The notes under the pieces: model-generated
Seen by the model: the letters and a program-made list of their open reading frames with translations, nothing else
The model's database searches: none
What the model was told of the DNA's origin: nothing
Made by a program: the position numbers and the translations under genes
In this document: one piece after another, positions 11,554 to 23,690 of the stretch
Position numbering within the stretch: position 1 is the first letter of the stretch
Layout of the letters: each line of letters begins with the position of its first letter
NCBI RefSeq assembly: GCF_035084215.1
Contig: NC_090359.1
Span: 24,242,001-24,306,000, forward strand
Length of the DNA: 64,000 bases
Direction: 5' to 3'
DNA from: Heptranchias perlo
Lineage: Eukaryota

Positions 11554-11849
11554 ACTGATCTGAGGCTGCGTCTCACTGGTATTGAATGAACAAAGTTACT
11601 CCGGATATCCTAGTATCTCCCAACACTTTAAGCTGGCCCTGCTTTTCTCCTTTCTATTTCAATCATCTCACAGCCTCCTCTTGTTGTAAAGTACATTATC
11701 GCTTCCTGGGTCACCATTCCCACTATTCCAGCATCTCTGTATTCACACAATTCCTTGATCCCAAGGGATCCTTGTTGGCAGACGGACCATTCCCGTCTCA
11801 CCTCTAGCCCCCGTCTTCTGCCGTTCACCGTCTTGTCTCTGTCTCACAA

Positions 11850-12335
11850 GGGGCCTTGGAGAGGGTGCAAGAGGAGATTTACCAGAATGGTACCAGGGAC
11901 GAGGGACTTCAGTTACGTGGAGAGACTGGAGAAGCTGGGGTCGTCCTCCTTAGAGCAGAGAAGGTTAAGGGGAGATTTAATAGAGATGTTCAAAATCATG
12001 AAGGGTTTTGATAGAGTGAATAAGGAGAAACTGTTTCCAGTGGGAGAAGGGTCGGTGACCAGAGGACACGGATTTAGGGTAACTGGCAAAAGAACCAGTC
12101 TGGAGATGAGGAGAATGTTTTTTATGCAGCGAGTTGTGATGATCTGGAACGCACTCCCTGAAAGGGCGGTGGAAGCAGATTCGATCGTAACTTTCAAAAG
12201 GGAATTGGATAAATACTGGAAGGGGAAAAATTTGCAGGGCTACGGGGAAAGAGCAGGGGGAGTGGGACTAATTGGATAGCTCTTTCAAAGAGCCGGCACA
12301 GGCACGATGGGCCGAATGGCCTCCTCCTGTGCTGC
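11850..12335 (+). mobile_element. CR1 LINE 3' fragment
   Basis: RRFTRMVPG...LEQRRLRGDLIEMFKIMKG...RVVMIWNALPE..FKRELD, the CR1 ORF2 C-terminus, plus 3' UTR. Confidence 0.92.
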
Positions 12336-12344
12336 GTTATTCCC

Positions 12345-12842
12345 CAAGTCGCCTCTGGCTCTTTTGCCAATTACTTTAAATCTGCGTCCTCTGGTTACCG
12401 ACCCTCCTGCCACTGGAAACAGTTTCTCCTTATTTACTCTCAAAACCATTCATGATTTTGAACACCTCTGTCAAATCTCTCCTTAACCTTCTCTGCTCTA
12501 AGGAGAACAACCCCAGTTTCTCCAGTCTCTCCACGTTACTGAAGTGTTTCATCCTTGGTACATTCTGGTAAATCTCCTCTGCACCCTCTCTAAGGCCTTG
12601 ACATCCTTCCTAAAGTGCGGTGCCCAGAACTGACCACGATAGTCCAGCTGGGACCTAACCAGCGTTTTATAAAGGTTGAGCATAACTTCCTTGCTTCTAT
12701 ACTCTATGCCTCTATTTCTAAAGCAAGGATCCAGTATGCCTTTTAAACATCCTTCTCAACTTGTCCTGCCACCTTCAAAGACTTGTGTATGTACAGCCCC
12801 AGGTCTCTCTGTTCCTTCATCCCCTTTAAAATGGTACCATTT
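12345..12842 (-). mobile_element. CR1 LINE fragment, opposite orientation
   Basis: Reverse complement of the same CR1 family (ccttaaccttctctgctctaaggagaacaacccc, gtgcggtgcccagaactg). Confidence 0.9.
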
Positions 12843-12964
12843 AGTCCCAAGGCACTTCACAGGAGCATTACCAGACTTCAATTGACACCGAGCCAAAGAA
12901 GGAGACATTAGGAGAGGTGGTGGTACCGAGCCAGACTGAGGGAACGGCCCAGGTTTAACACTCA

Positions 12965-14520
12965 GTCTGTTTACGTGGGTCTCTATTAGAGAGGGAGTGG
13001 GATATCAGTGAGTGTTACAGTGAGGGGTGTGTTATACAGGGGGCTGTTTACATGGGTCTATTAGAGGGAGTGGAACAGAAGAGAGTGTTACAGTGAGGTG
13101 TGTGTTATACAGGGGTTATTTATATGTGTCGCTATTAGAGGGAGTGGGATATCAGTGAGTGTTACAGTGAGGGGTGTGTTATACAGGGTCTGTTTATATG
13201 TGTCTCTATTAGAGAGAGTGGGATATCAGTGAGTGTTACAGTGAGGTGTGTTATACAGGGGGCTGTTTATATGTGTCTCTATTAGAGAGAGTGGGATATC
13301 AGTGAGTGTTACAGTGAGGTGTGTTATACAGGGGGCTGTTTATATGTGTCTCTATTAGAGAGAGTGGGATATCAGTGAGTGTTACAGTGAGGTGTGTTAT
13401 ACAGGGGGCTGTTTATATGTGTCTCTATTAGAGAGAGTGGGATATCAGTGAGTGTTACAGTGAGGTGTGTTATACAGGGGGCTGTTTATATGTGTCTATT
13501 AGAGAGAGTGGGATATCAGTGAGTGTTACAGTGAGGTGTGTTATACAGGGTCTGTTTATATGTGTCTATTAGAGAGAGTGGGATATCAGTGAGAGTTACA
13601 GTGAGGTGTGTTATACAGGGGGCTGTTTATATGTGTCACTATTAGAGAGAGTGGGATATCAGTGAGTGTTACAGTGAGGTGTGTTATACAGGGGGCTGTT
13701 TATATGTGTCTCTATTAGAGAGAGTGGGATATCAGTGAGAGTTACAGTGAGGTGTGTTATACAGGGTCTGTTTATATGTGTCTATTAGAGAGAGTGGGAT
13801 ATCAGTGAGAGTTACAGTGAGGTGTGTTATACAGGGGGCTGTTTATATGTGTCACTATTAGAGAGAGTGGGATATCAGTGAGTGTTACAGTGAGGTGTGT
13901 TATACAGGGGCTGTTTATATGGGTCTATTAGAGAGAGTGGGATATCAGTGAGTGTTACAGTGAGGTGTGTTATACAGGGGGCTGTTTATATGTGTCTCTA
14001 TTAGAGAGAGTGGGATATCAGTGAGAGTTACAGTGAGGTGTGTTATACAGGGGCTGTTTATATGGGTCTATTAGAGAGAGTGGGATATCAGTGAGAGTTA
14101 CAGTGAGGTGTGTGTTATACAGGGGGCTGTTTATATGTGTCACTATTAGAGAGAGTGGGATATCAGTGAGAGTTACAGTGAGGTGTGTGTTATACAGGGG
14201 GCTGTTTATATGTGTCACTATTAGAGAGAGTGGGATATCAGTGAGAGTTACAGTGAGGTGTGTTATACAGGGGCTGTTTATATGGGTCTATTAGAGAGAG
14301 TGGGATATCAGTGAGAGTTACAGTGAGGTGTGTGTTATACAGGGGGCTGTTTATATGGGTCTATTAGAGAGAGTGGGATATCAGTGAGAGTTACAGTGAG
14401 GTGTGTGTTATACAGAAGCTGTTTATATGGGTCTATTAGAGAGAGTGGGATATCAGTGAGTGTTACAGTGAGGTGTGTGTTATACAGGGGCTGTTTATAT
14501 GGGTCTATTAGAGAGAGGTG
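12965..14520. repeat. ~70-75-bp minisatellite B
   Basis: Tandem agagagagtgggatatcagtgagtgttacagtgaggtgtgttatacagggggctgtttatatgtgtctctatt, ~21 copies. Confidence 0.95.
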
Positions 14521-15134
14521 TAATAGACAATGCAAAATGATGTAACTGCATGCAGCATGGTCATTTACTGACACCTGGCGTGCCGTACAGTTTGGCTCAC
14601 GTCTGTCAGTATCCTTCAACTTTCGGAACATCAAGAGCATTTTTCTTCTTGTACAAGATGGCACCGAATGGATGGGCACGTAGGTGAACTGGAGAGAGGT
14701 CTCCCTGGTGACCCATAAGATGGTAAAGGGACATCTCCGCTTATGTGCCCAGGTCACTCTTGTGAAGGGTCTGTGGAGCGGCCTAATTGGCTCTCGATGA
14801 TCCTGTTGGGACTCACCTCATGTTGGCGGGGTGGGGCGTGGGTGGAGAACTCTGCAGCCCCTCGTCCTCAAGCTCCCCGAGGAGAGGAGCAAATTCCAAA
14901 GGGAACGTCTAATCCCTTCTGCAAATCAGAGTGAGACTCCCCTGACTGGGAAGTGGGGAAAACAGGAAAATGAAAGTGCAAATTGAAGAGAAAATGTTAA
15001 AAAAATAAATAAGTAACGCTCATAAATAAACTCAACAAATTCAAACCAAAAATACAAAAAATTGCAACGACAACAATAAAAATTGTCTCATGCACCAAGG
15101 CACGCAGCGTTAAGATCAGAATGCTCCTTCCCAC

Positions 15135-15590
15135 CAGCTCAGTGGGCAGCGCTCTCACCTCTAAGTCAGAAGGTCGTGGGTTCAAGTCCCACTCCAGAGG
15201 CTTGAGCGCAAAATCCAGGCCGACGCTCCCAGTGCAGTACTGAGGGAGTGCTGCACTGTCGGAGGTGCCGTCTTTCAGATGAGGCCCCTTCTGCTGCCTG
15301 AGGTGGATGTAAAAGATCCCACGGCCACTATTTTAAAGAAGAGCAGGGGGAGTTCTCCCCCGGTGTCCTTGGCAACATTCATCCCTCAACCAACATCACT
15401 TAACAAAACGGATGATCTGGCCGTTATCACATTGCTGTTTGTGGGTTCTTGCTGTGCGCAAACTGACTGCCGCGTTTCCTACATTACAACAGTGACCACA
15501 CTTTCAAAAGTGCTTCATTGGCTGTAAAGAGCTTTGGGACGTCCTGAGGTTGTGAAAGGCGCTAGATAAATGCAAGATCTTTCTTTCTTT
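15135..15590 (+). mobile_element. Near full-length DeuSINE (SacSINE1-like) with tRNA-derived head
   Basis: Pol III A-box-like agctcagtggg and B-box ggttcaagtcc, then the Deu domain and L2-like tail ending in ctttctttc. Confidence 0.88.
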
Positions 15591-15759
15591 CCCATTGCTG
15601 GGAATTTTCAACTCAGTTCTCTAAGGTTCCAAGGGGATTACATCCCAACCACACACTGCTCAAGCTCATGCCACTCAGGGGGCACTTTGCAGGGTTAGTG
15701 AATTAGTAACAGAGTAAGGAAAGTAGCTGGCACAAAGTACAATATACAAGAGCATTGAG

Positions 15760-15865
15760 GGTTACAGAACTGAGGCGGGTAGGTGGAGATCTCCAGCCAT
15801 GATCTAACGGAATGGCGGAACAGGCTCGAGGGGCTGAATGGCCTACTCCTCTTCCTATGTTCTTG
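15760..15865 (+). mobile_element. CR1 3' UTR fragment
   Basis: cagccatgatctaacggaatggcggaacaggctcgaggggctgaatggcctactcct; matches the ends of the CR1 copies at 51340 and 58600. Confidence 0.7.
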
Positions 15866-16619
15866 ATCTATAGATATATATAAGGGTAGTCACAGTGTAA
15901 GGAAGTAGTTTTGGAAAGGGAGATGGGATCCTTATTGCAATTCCCGGTCAATGCCGTTGCTTTAAGTAAACACGGCCCTGATCGCATCGAGTCGCCAGTT
16001 CATTTCTGAACTCGGTCTGCTTTCAACTTTTGGGAGTTGGCAGGAAGAAACGTAGACTTCAGTCTTATGAAGGGCCCTTGACAGGATTCTTGGAAAGTGA
16101 GGGACTTTGTGAAGGTGTGTTGGGGAGGGAGGAAAAAGAGAACAAGAGGCGTAGAGTGACTTTATTCGGTGAGAGTTATTTATTGAAAGTTCTGGGCTCT
16201 CAGCTCTGGCAGCGGGCTCTCCTGTCCTGCCTCTTCCTTGTGCACACACTTTGAGTTGTGGGAAGACCTTCTAGCTCTATAGACCCTGGTGAGTGTCTTA
16301 TGTGCAGGGAAAAGATACCTCCAGTGATGCCAAGTGTCTTTATCTTCCTCCATAATGTCAAAATAAATGTATTCCCATTGCACTGAGGAAATTCAGCAGC
16401 AAACGTTCCTCCCTCACCCCCCGAGGTACTAAAAAGATCGCTGTGCAGGTAAAGGAACACCAACCTCCAGTAGCAGCACACAAAATAGCCTCTTCATGGG
16501 TCTCCACCTCAGAGATACCTTGCAGGAACTCCTACTGCCATTGATATACAGCGGTGATTATTTAGGGCAGATTTGGGGTGGAAAATAAGGGGACCAGGGC
16601 AGAGGGGTTAGAGTCCATG

Positions 16620-17825
16620 ATTGGGTAGAGTGCATAGGGGCTGTGGAAGGAGATTAATTGGACAGGTTAGAGTGTATAGGGGCTGTGGAAGGAGATTAAA
16701 TGGACGGGTTAGAGTGTATAGGGGCTGTGGAAGGAGATTAATTGGATGGGTGAGAGTGCATAGGGGCTGTGGAAGGAGATTAAATGGACGGGTTAGAGTG
16801 TATAGGGGCTGTGGAAGGAGATTAATTGGACGGGTGAGAGTGTATAGGGGCTGTGGAAGGAGATTAAATGGACGGGTTAGAGTGTATAGGGGCTGTGGAA
16901 GGAGATTAAATGGACGGGTTAGAGTGTATAGGGGCTGTGGAAGGAGATTAAATGGACGGGTTAGAGTGTATAGGGGCTGTGGAAGGAGATTAATTGGACG
17001 GGTGAGAGTGTATAGGGGCTGTGGAAGGAGATTAAATGGATGGGTTAGAGTGTATAGGGGCTGTGGAAGGAGATTAAATGGACGGGTGAGAGTGCATAGG
17101 GGCTGTGGAAGGAGATTAAATGGATGGGTGAGAGTGTATAGGGGCTGTGGAAGGAGATTAAATGGACGGGTTAGAGTGTATAGGGGCTGTGGAAGGAGAT
17201 TAAATGGACGGGTGAGAGTGTATAGAGGCTGTGGAAGGACATTAATTGGATGGGTGAGAGTGTATAGGGGCTGTGGAAGGAGATTAAATGGACGGGTTAG
17301 AGTGTATAGGGGCTGTGGAAGGAGATTAAATGGACGGGTGAGAGTGTATAGGGGCTGTGGAAGGAGATTAAATGGACGGGTTAGAGTGTATAGGGGCTGT
17401 GGAAGGAGATTAAATGGACGGGTTAGAGTGTATAAGGGCTGTGGAAGGAGATTAAATGGACGGGTTAGAGTGTATAGGGGCTGTGGAAGGAGATTAAATG
17501 GACGGGTTAGAGTGTATAGGGGCTGTGGAAGGAGATTAAATGGACGGGTTAGAGTGTATAGGGGCTGTGGAAGGAGATTAAATGGACGGGTTAGAGTGTA
17601 TAGGGGCTGTGGAAGGAGATTAATTCGACGGGTGAGAGTGTTTAGGGGCTGTGGAAGGAGATTGATTGGATGGGTGAGAGTGTATAGGGGCTGTGGAAGG
17701 AGATTAAATGGACGGGTGAGAGTGTATAGGGGCTGTGGAAGGAGATTAAATGGACGGGTTAGAGTGTATAGGGGCTGTGGAAGGAGATTAAATGGACGGG
17801 TGAGAGTGTATAGGGGCTGTGGAAG
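16620..17825. repeat. 42-bp minisatellite
   Basis: Tandem agagtgtataggggctgtggaaggagattaaatggacgggtt, ~28 copies; gives 14-aa-periodic ORFs on both strands. Confidence 0.97.
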
Positions 17826-18644
17826 GAGCAGGATTATTTGGCCAAAAGGCCTTTTCATGTTTTTGTATGTTCCCTTCGGACTTAAAGCAGGAACATCACT
17901 CCTTCTGGCACTTCCAGCATTCACATCAAACCTATCTGATACTTATCAGAAAAGGTCATGGAAGTTGGGTTGGTTTTCCTTTGGCAAGGCAAGGCCGGAT
18001 TGAAGCTTTCGAGGCCAGGAAGGGAAAGGATGATGGATGGCACGGATCCAAAGCACAGACACGTAGCAGAAGAAGAAAGCAGGAAAGGCTGTCGGGTAAT
18101 CCTTATTTCCCTGTGATTCTTGGAACTGGAGGAAAAGTCAAGCAAAGAATGTCACCCTCGCTCACGGTAATTCGTTAATCAAAAGTAATTACTTAACGAT
18201 GTTATAAATTCATGAGTATTCGTGAAGCAAAATCAAACCTTATATTTGATTTTCCTGAATAAAATCCTGTTACACGCTTAATAATTCACAACGTTATTTG
18301 GCAATGATTTAACAGTTCATTCACACATCAGTCAAATCATTAATACACGTGCAATCTTTAAACCGAGGATTTCGCTCATCGAGGCCTGAAGGCAGTAAGC
18401 TCTTTGAGTCCGTGAGGTCCTTCTCTTCGTGTGTGATGTTCGACTGCCGGGTGGTGAAGAGGCTGTCCGTCTCTCAAAGTCTTTTTGTATTGTTTTTAAC
18501 CAACAGGACGTGAGGTTGGGGGCGGGTCATTTTTTTTTTTTGGTCCAATCGCTCCCTGTTGCTGTGCCTCAATCCTGAACATACAACGATTGTCAGTTTA
18601 GGCTTTGATCATGTGCCTGGAGACCCTTTGACGTGGATAAGACC

Positions 18645-19575
18645 ATGGGCTCGATTTTGAAAGGGCGGTGGGATGGCAGCAGGGTTGGGGGGAGGGGGTC
18701 AATGGGAGCGCGGGTGACCCGGCCAATAAAATCTTAACGTTTCCCAGGCGATCGCGTGCCCACATGACAGGCTGTCAGCTGGAGCGTCTCTATTTGAAGG
18801 GCCATCGCTCCAGCAAAGATCCAAAGCACACAGTGGAGCGACACAAGGGCATTTCTGCTCCAAGGTTCATTGATGCCTCACTGCAGCAGCTGCTGGCCGG
18901 GATGAGGAGGAGGAGGGAAGTGTTTTACCCCGCGGACGGGAGGAAGTGCCCTGCCTTTGCCACCAAGAAGGCCTGGCTCCAGGTGGCGGAGGAGGTCACC
19001 AGCAGCAGCAACATCTCCTGCGCATGGATCCAGTGCAAGAAGTGTTTCAATGACCCAACCAGGTCAGCAAAAGTGAGTACATTTATTGATTCTCCTACGT
19101 TCCGTGTTCCACATCACTGCACCCCCGCCCCCCGCCCTACTCGTTCTGTACTGCCAAGGCTACTCCTCACACCCACTTAAGGCTCATCCTCAATTTACCT
19201 GCACTTCCTCAGCACTTCCTCACCTCCCCAAGGTGAGTCCAGGTACAGGGGCGGTGGAGGTAATCAGTGGGGGAGAGGGGCGAGCTCAACTTTCAGGCAA
19301 GTATTCATTTTAATGACGTACCTTTCTTTTGGCGGTGGCCTCCAGCGGTCCCTTTAAGGACCTCCAGTTTGGCCGCACGTGGACCAGGTGATGTTGAGCA
19401 GTGGGTCCGACGCCAGCTGCGTTCAGGGCAAACCAATTTCCGGTTTGGGTCCTAAATAAGGGGTTATTAGCATATTCAAGGGGCGAGACGCCCTAGGGAC
19501 ACCTCTACAGCGCCAGAACCAATATGGTGTCGGATGTGTTTCTGACGCTATTCGGGTGCGGGAGATTGGCCCCCT
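18645..19575 (+). mobile_element. PIF/Harbinger-type transposon remnant with Myb/SANT-like coding segment (~18850-19072)
   Basis: APRFIDASLQQLL...RRREVFYP...KKAWLQVAEEV...WIQCKKCFND, a Myb/SANT-like (MSANTD) pattern typical of Harbinger accessory proteins, followed by an AAA|gtgagt donor; boundaries approximate. Confidence 0.7.
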
Positions 19576-20239
19576 AAATTGGACCGCTTTGCACCCGTTT
19601 TCCGCCCGGTAAATGGGTGCAATGAGTTCCATTTTCACCCCCCCCCCCCACCCCGTACAGAGTAGCAGGATTTCAAGACCTAAAGGGCCCATGCTAGGTC
19701 CATTTTGGGAGTACCCCAATATCAGGTTCTAGAAAAGCAAGAGCAGATTTAGACACGAGCAGCAGAGAAGTGCAGAAAACAAAGCTTTATTCTACCAGTG
19801 ATATAGCAGTCAGTAGCTGAGACACAGCGATTAGTGTTAACACATTGGAAAGTCATAAAACAGAGTCGCTTCTCTGAGTACATGCAAGCACAGCGTAAGC
19901 CAGACAGTAAGATCACCCGTTAGTACGATCAGTCCAAGCAGGGCCGTTGGAAAACATCTCATCCCACTCTCAACCCATTTTTCAATCACCTGTAAGCCCT
20001 GGCTTCGAGTGTCTCTAAGCGGCCAGGCACCTGTATACTTCTATCTAGCTTGACACTTACTGAAACCGTGCAAAGGTTTACACAGCTGTCTGTGAGCAGG
20101 GTGAGAATGAGTATGAAAGCAGTTTGCACAAGGACCAGGCTGAGCATCCAATGGAGACTGGTTGCTTTGGCTCGAGTTGGTTTGATAATGGGGCAGGTGT
20201 TCTCGCCAAGTGGGTTACACTGAATTGAGAACATGGACG

Positions 20240-21090
20240 GAGACAGGGCTGACAACATCAGCAGGAAAATTGGCGTAAGTATTATCAAGGACATCAACAG
20301 AGACATGGGCATCAATGGGGAAATTAGCATGGGCATTGGCACCAAGAAGGGAACGGGCATCATTGTGGACATCATCAAGGACATAGACATCACCATGGAT
20401 ATCACTGTTAACCTAGCAACAGTGACAAGGATGACAACATTGATTTAGCCATCAACAGAGAGATAGACATCACCATGAACATAGACATCACCAAAAACAT
20501 CATCAACAGCGACATCGGCAACAACAGTGAAATAGCATCAAAACGGATTTGGGCATCGACAGCAAAAGAGCAACGTCAGCATGGGCATCACCAACGTCAC
20601 CATGGGCATCACCAACGTCACCATGGGCATCACCAACAGAGACATGGACATCACCAACACCACCATGGACATCACCAACACCACCATGGGCATCACCAAT
20701 ATCACCATGGGCATCACCAACAGAGACATGGACATCACCAACACCACCATGGGCATCACCAATATCACCATGGGCATCACCAACAGAGACATGGACATCA
20801 CCAATATCACCATGGGCATCACCAACAGAGACATGGACATCACCAACATCACCATGGCCATCACCAACAGAGACATGGACATCAACAGGGACACCGACAT
20901 CATCATGGAAATTAATGTTGCTGTGGACAGGGACAGGGACAAGGACAAGTGTATCAAAGGGACATCAATAGGGAAAGAGACAAGGGTATCAAAGGGACAT
21001 CAACAGGGAAAGGGTATTAAAGGGACATCAATAGGGATAAGGCAAAGGATATCAAAGGGACATCGACATTAACAGGGACAAGGGTATCAA
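20240..21090. repeat. Degenerate 21-bp-period repeat (catcaccatgggcatcaccaa / cagagacatggacatcaccaa)
   Basis: Tandem units clearest at 20575-20890; produces His-rich and Met-rich ORFs in several frames. Confidence 0.8.
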
Positions 21091-22094
21091 TAGCTCACAG
21101 ACCTTCCCAGAATTACCACCGACCACAAATACACTCAGGTTCACTACTACTTTTCACAATTAAATAGTGTGACTCTGCCACCTGTTTTAGAGAATGGTGA
21201 GAGTGCAATGACCGAGTAAGGGGCACACTATATCAAACAAAGAAAAACAATAACATCCGAGATCAGCTCAATCACATTGAAGTAAAACGTTTCTCGTTCG
21301 CTATCTGTCGCCCACCGAAGGTCCTCGGGTGTGTCGGTGAATGCATCCGGTTACCTGCCCGGTAATGAGGAGATGACAATCTGTCCTCCATGATATTCCC
21401 ATCACCAAACACACAAGAGGACAAATAAACAAGGTAAACTAAACGGAGAAAGGGCATGGTCGTGCTGTATTCACAGCGATCACAGGCCATTACACTCTGG
21501 AGCACCGGCCAAGGCGTTGAGACATCCAAACCGTCTCCTGTTGAGAACGTTGTCCCATTCTCCCATCGTCTCCCTTCCATCTTCTGAAAGCCCCAATCCC
21601 GCTGGAGTACGGATCCACTCATCTCCCTCTGGAAGCTCACTCAAGGGCGTCTGTTCCTCGGGGGGAGGGGAGGTGAGAGCAAACCCCACCACAGTGGGGA
21701 GGGGGAGTGGGTGGGGTGGCCAAGGCCGTGCCCTCACGATGGGGCACTTTCCAGCAAAGGGGGGCCCCTCGCTGGACAGCAGCGGGGAGCAGGAACCCAG
21801 GCTCAGATCAACCGACTCAACAGGTACAGGGGTTCAAAACTCTGGGACGTCTTTCGCCCGCAAGGCCGGGGAGGGAGCTTGTGCTGTCGGCTTTAGACCC
21901 CCTACCCTTCACATCCACTCCAGGCTGTGTCGTGGGATCGACATCCCACACTCACCAATTGCACATTTATACTCTGCGATAAAATAATTACTATATGGCA
22001 GGATAAGGTAAGGGTTCAATCTGAATCAGGACAACATTTGGCTTCCATAGCAACGGACTCGGCATTTAACGAGTGGAGTGACTACTGACACCGC

Positions 22095-22390
22095 ACGATT
22101 TAGGGTCTATGGGGTTGGGGTTAGCGGTTGGGGGTTTGGAGTAGGATTAGTGGTTAGGGCTAAGGGTTAGTGGTTAGAGCTAAGGTTAGTGGTCAGCGAT
22201 TAGTAGTTAGGGTTAGGATTAGGGGTTAGAGGTTAGAGGTTAGGGATAGAAGTTAGGGTTCGTGGTTAAAATTAGGATTAGGGATAGAGGTTAAAGTTGG
22301 GGTTGGTGGTTAGGATTAATGATAGTAGTCAGGGATAGAGGTAGCGGTTAGTAGTTTGGGTTACTGGTTAGGTTTAGGGGTTAATGGTTA
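22095..22390. repeat. Degenerate (GGTTAG)n telomere-like low-complexity tract
   Basis: Repeated ggttag/gggttagg/ggattagg variants with few perfect TTAGGG. Confidence 0.6.
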
Positions 22391-23234
22391 AAGATAGAAC
22401 TGCTATTGACAATACAATTGTCACTAGACCTGTCCATTTGCAATTTAAAAAAAAATAAAAGTAGCCAATCTTTTTAAAACCTCCCACGGCGACGGCCCAG
22501 GATGTGTCTTTGACGCTGAGGCACTCCAGAGACGTTGTGTGTGTGAGGGAGCAGCCCTGTGTATAACTGAGCACATTCACTTATTGCAACGGGAGTCTGT
22601 TCGGGACTCGGCCCAAGTCCGGGGGATACCGCAGCTTGAGCTCGGAGAACTTCACACCTTCTGCCAGTCTCGTGTTTGCAGGAGCGGTCGGGGGGGGGTG
22701 AGTGGGGAGGGGGATAGTTGGGGGTTTGGACGCCTCTGGGTCTGTCCCCGATTCGGATAAAACTCCCACCCGCCCCCGCACTGCAGCCAAACGAGGGGGG
22801 GGGGGGGGGCCAATGCTGCGATGGAGGTGCTCGCGGGCTAGAATCAAGAATTGGCGGGTATCTCTCGCTCTCTTCCTGCAATCGTCTCCTGCGGACCATC
22901 AGGAGCACAACTTGGGAAAACAGAATTCCAAAGTCTCAGGCCGACCCACCTCTGGTCATGGGAGAATCGTTCGAAGAAACGAAGAGCAAAATTAACGCAC
23001 TCTGCGGACATGGGCGGGGTACATCTAAAGTGAGGCACAAAGCCACATGCAAATAGTTACTTCATAGACTTGGGGGGCATATGTTCCAGTATCAATCCTT
23101 AAACAAGTTAGCACACAACATTTCTTGTCTTCGAAGTGCTGGTTTCAGATTATATGTACAAGATCTGAAAATAAAGAAAAGGGGTCATTCTGCCTCATTC
23201 TCTTTATCTGATGGGTTTCTCTCACCAGCTCACC

Positions 23235-23690
23235 CTGGGCCGGGATGAGGAAGGCCCATTTGATCTCAACCTCCCAGGATCCCAACCCTGCCACCACCCC
23301 ACCCCCGCCTCCCCACCCTCGCCCCCTTCCCATTACAGCATCCAGCTGTCTCTTAAGTGAGCCCAGTGCCCTGGCCTCAAGCATGCTCCCTGCTAACCCC
23401 AATCCAGCTGTTGATCACACTCCCCTGACATCTGTCCTAAACTAGCCCGTCACAACTCTGAGCCCAATGCCCTGGGGCAACGAAAGGATCACTTAGGGCT
23501 CACTCTTTCTATCCTATTGAGTATTGCATAAGGTCCCCCTAAGGGACATCTCCGTTCAATACTGAAGTGCCCTGGCCCACCAACACTAGGGACCCGCCTC
23601 GTCCGCACCGCCTCCTGGACTGCATCTCAAGTTCCGCCGCACTGTCCTCGCTGATACTGAGTATCTAACGGGGCGCAGTTCATCTTGGTC
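23235..23690 (-). mobile_element. Old degenerate CR1-like fragment
   Basis: Minus frame EARALGSLKRQLDAVM resembles the CR1 C-terminal EAxxxxxFKxxLD motif. Confidence 0.45.

Noticed and set aside
15135-15200. tRNA gene
   Set aside because: A/B boxes continue directly into the Deu domain, so this is a SINE head
16608-18003. 438-aa and 460-aa ORFs on opposite strands with 14-aa repeats
   Set aside because: 42-bp minisatellite lacking stops; no unique domain or splice support
20475-21072. His-rich (HGHHQ)n and Met/Thr-rich ORFs resembling metal-binding proteins or mucins
   Set aside because: 21-bp repeat open in all three plus frames and one minus frame; no exon boundaries found
22095-22390. 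Interstitial telomere or chromosome-fusion scar
   Set aside because: Short, highly degenerate and in one orientation only
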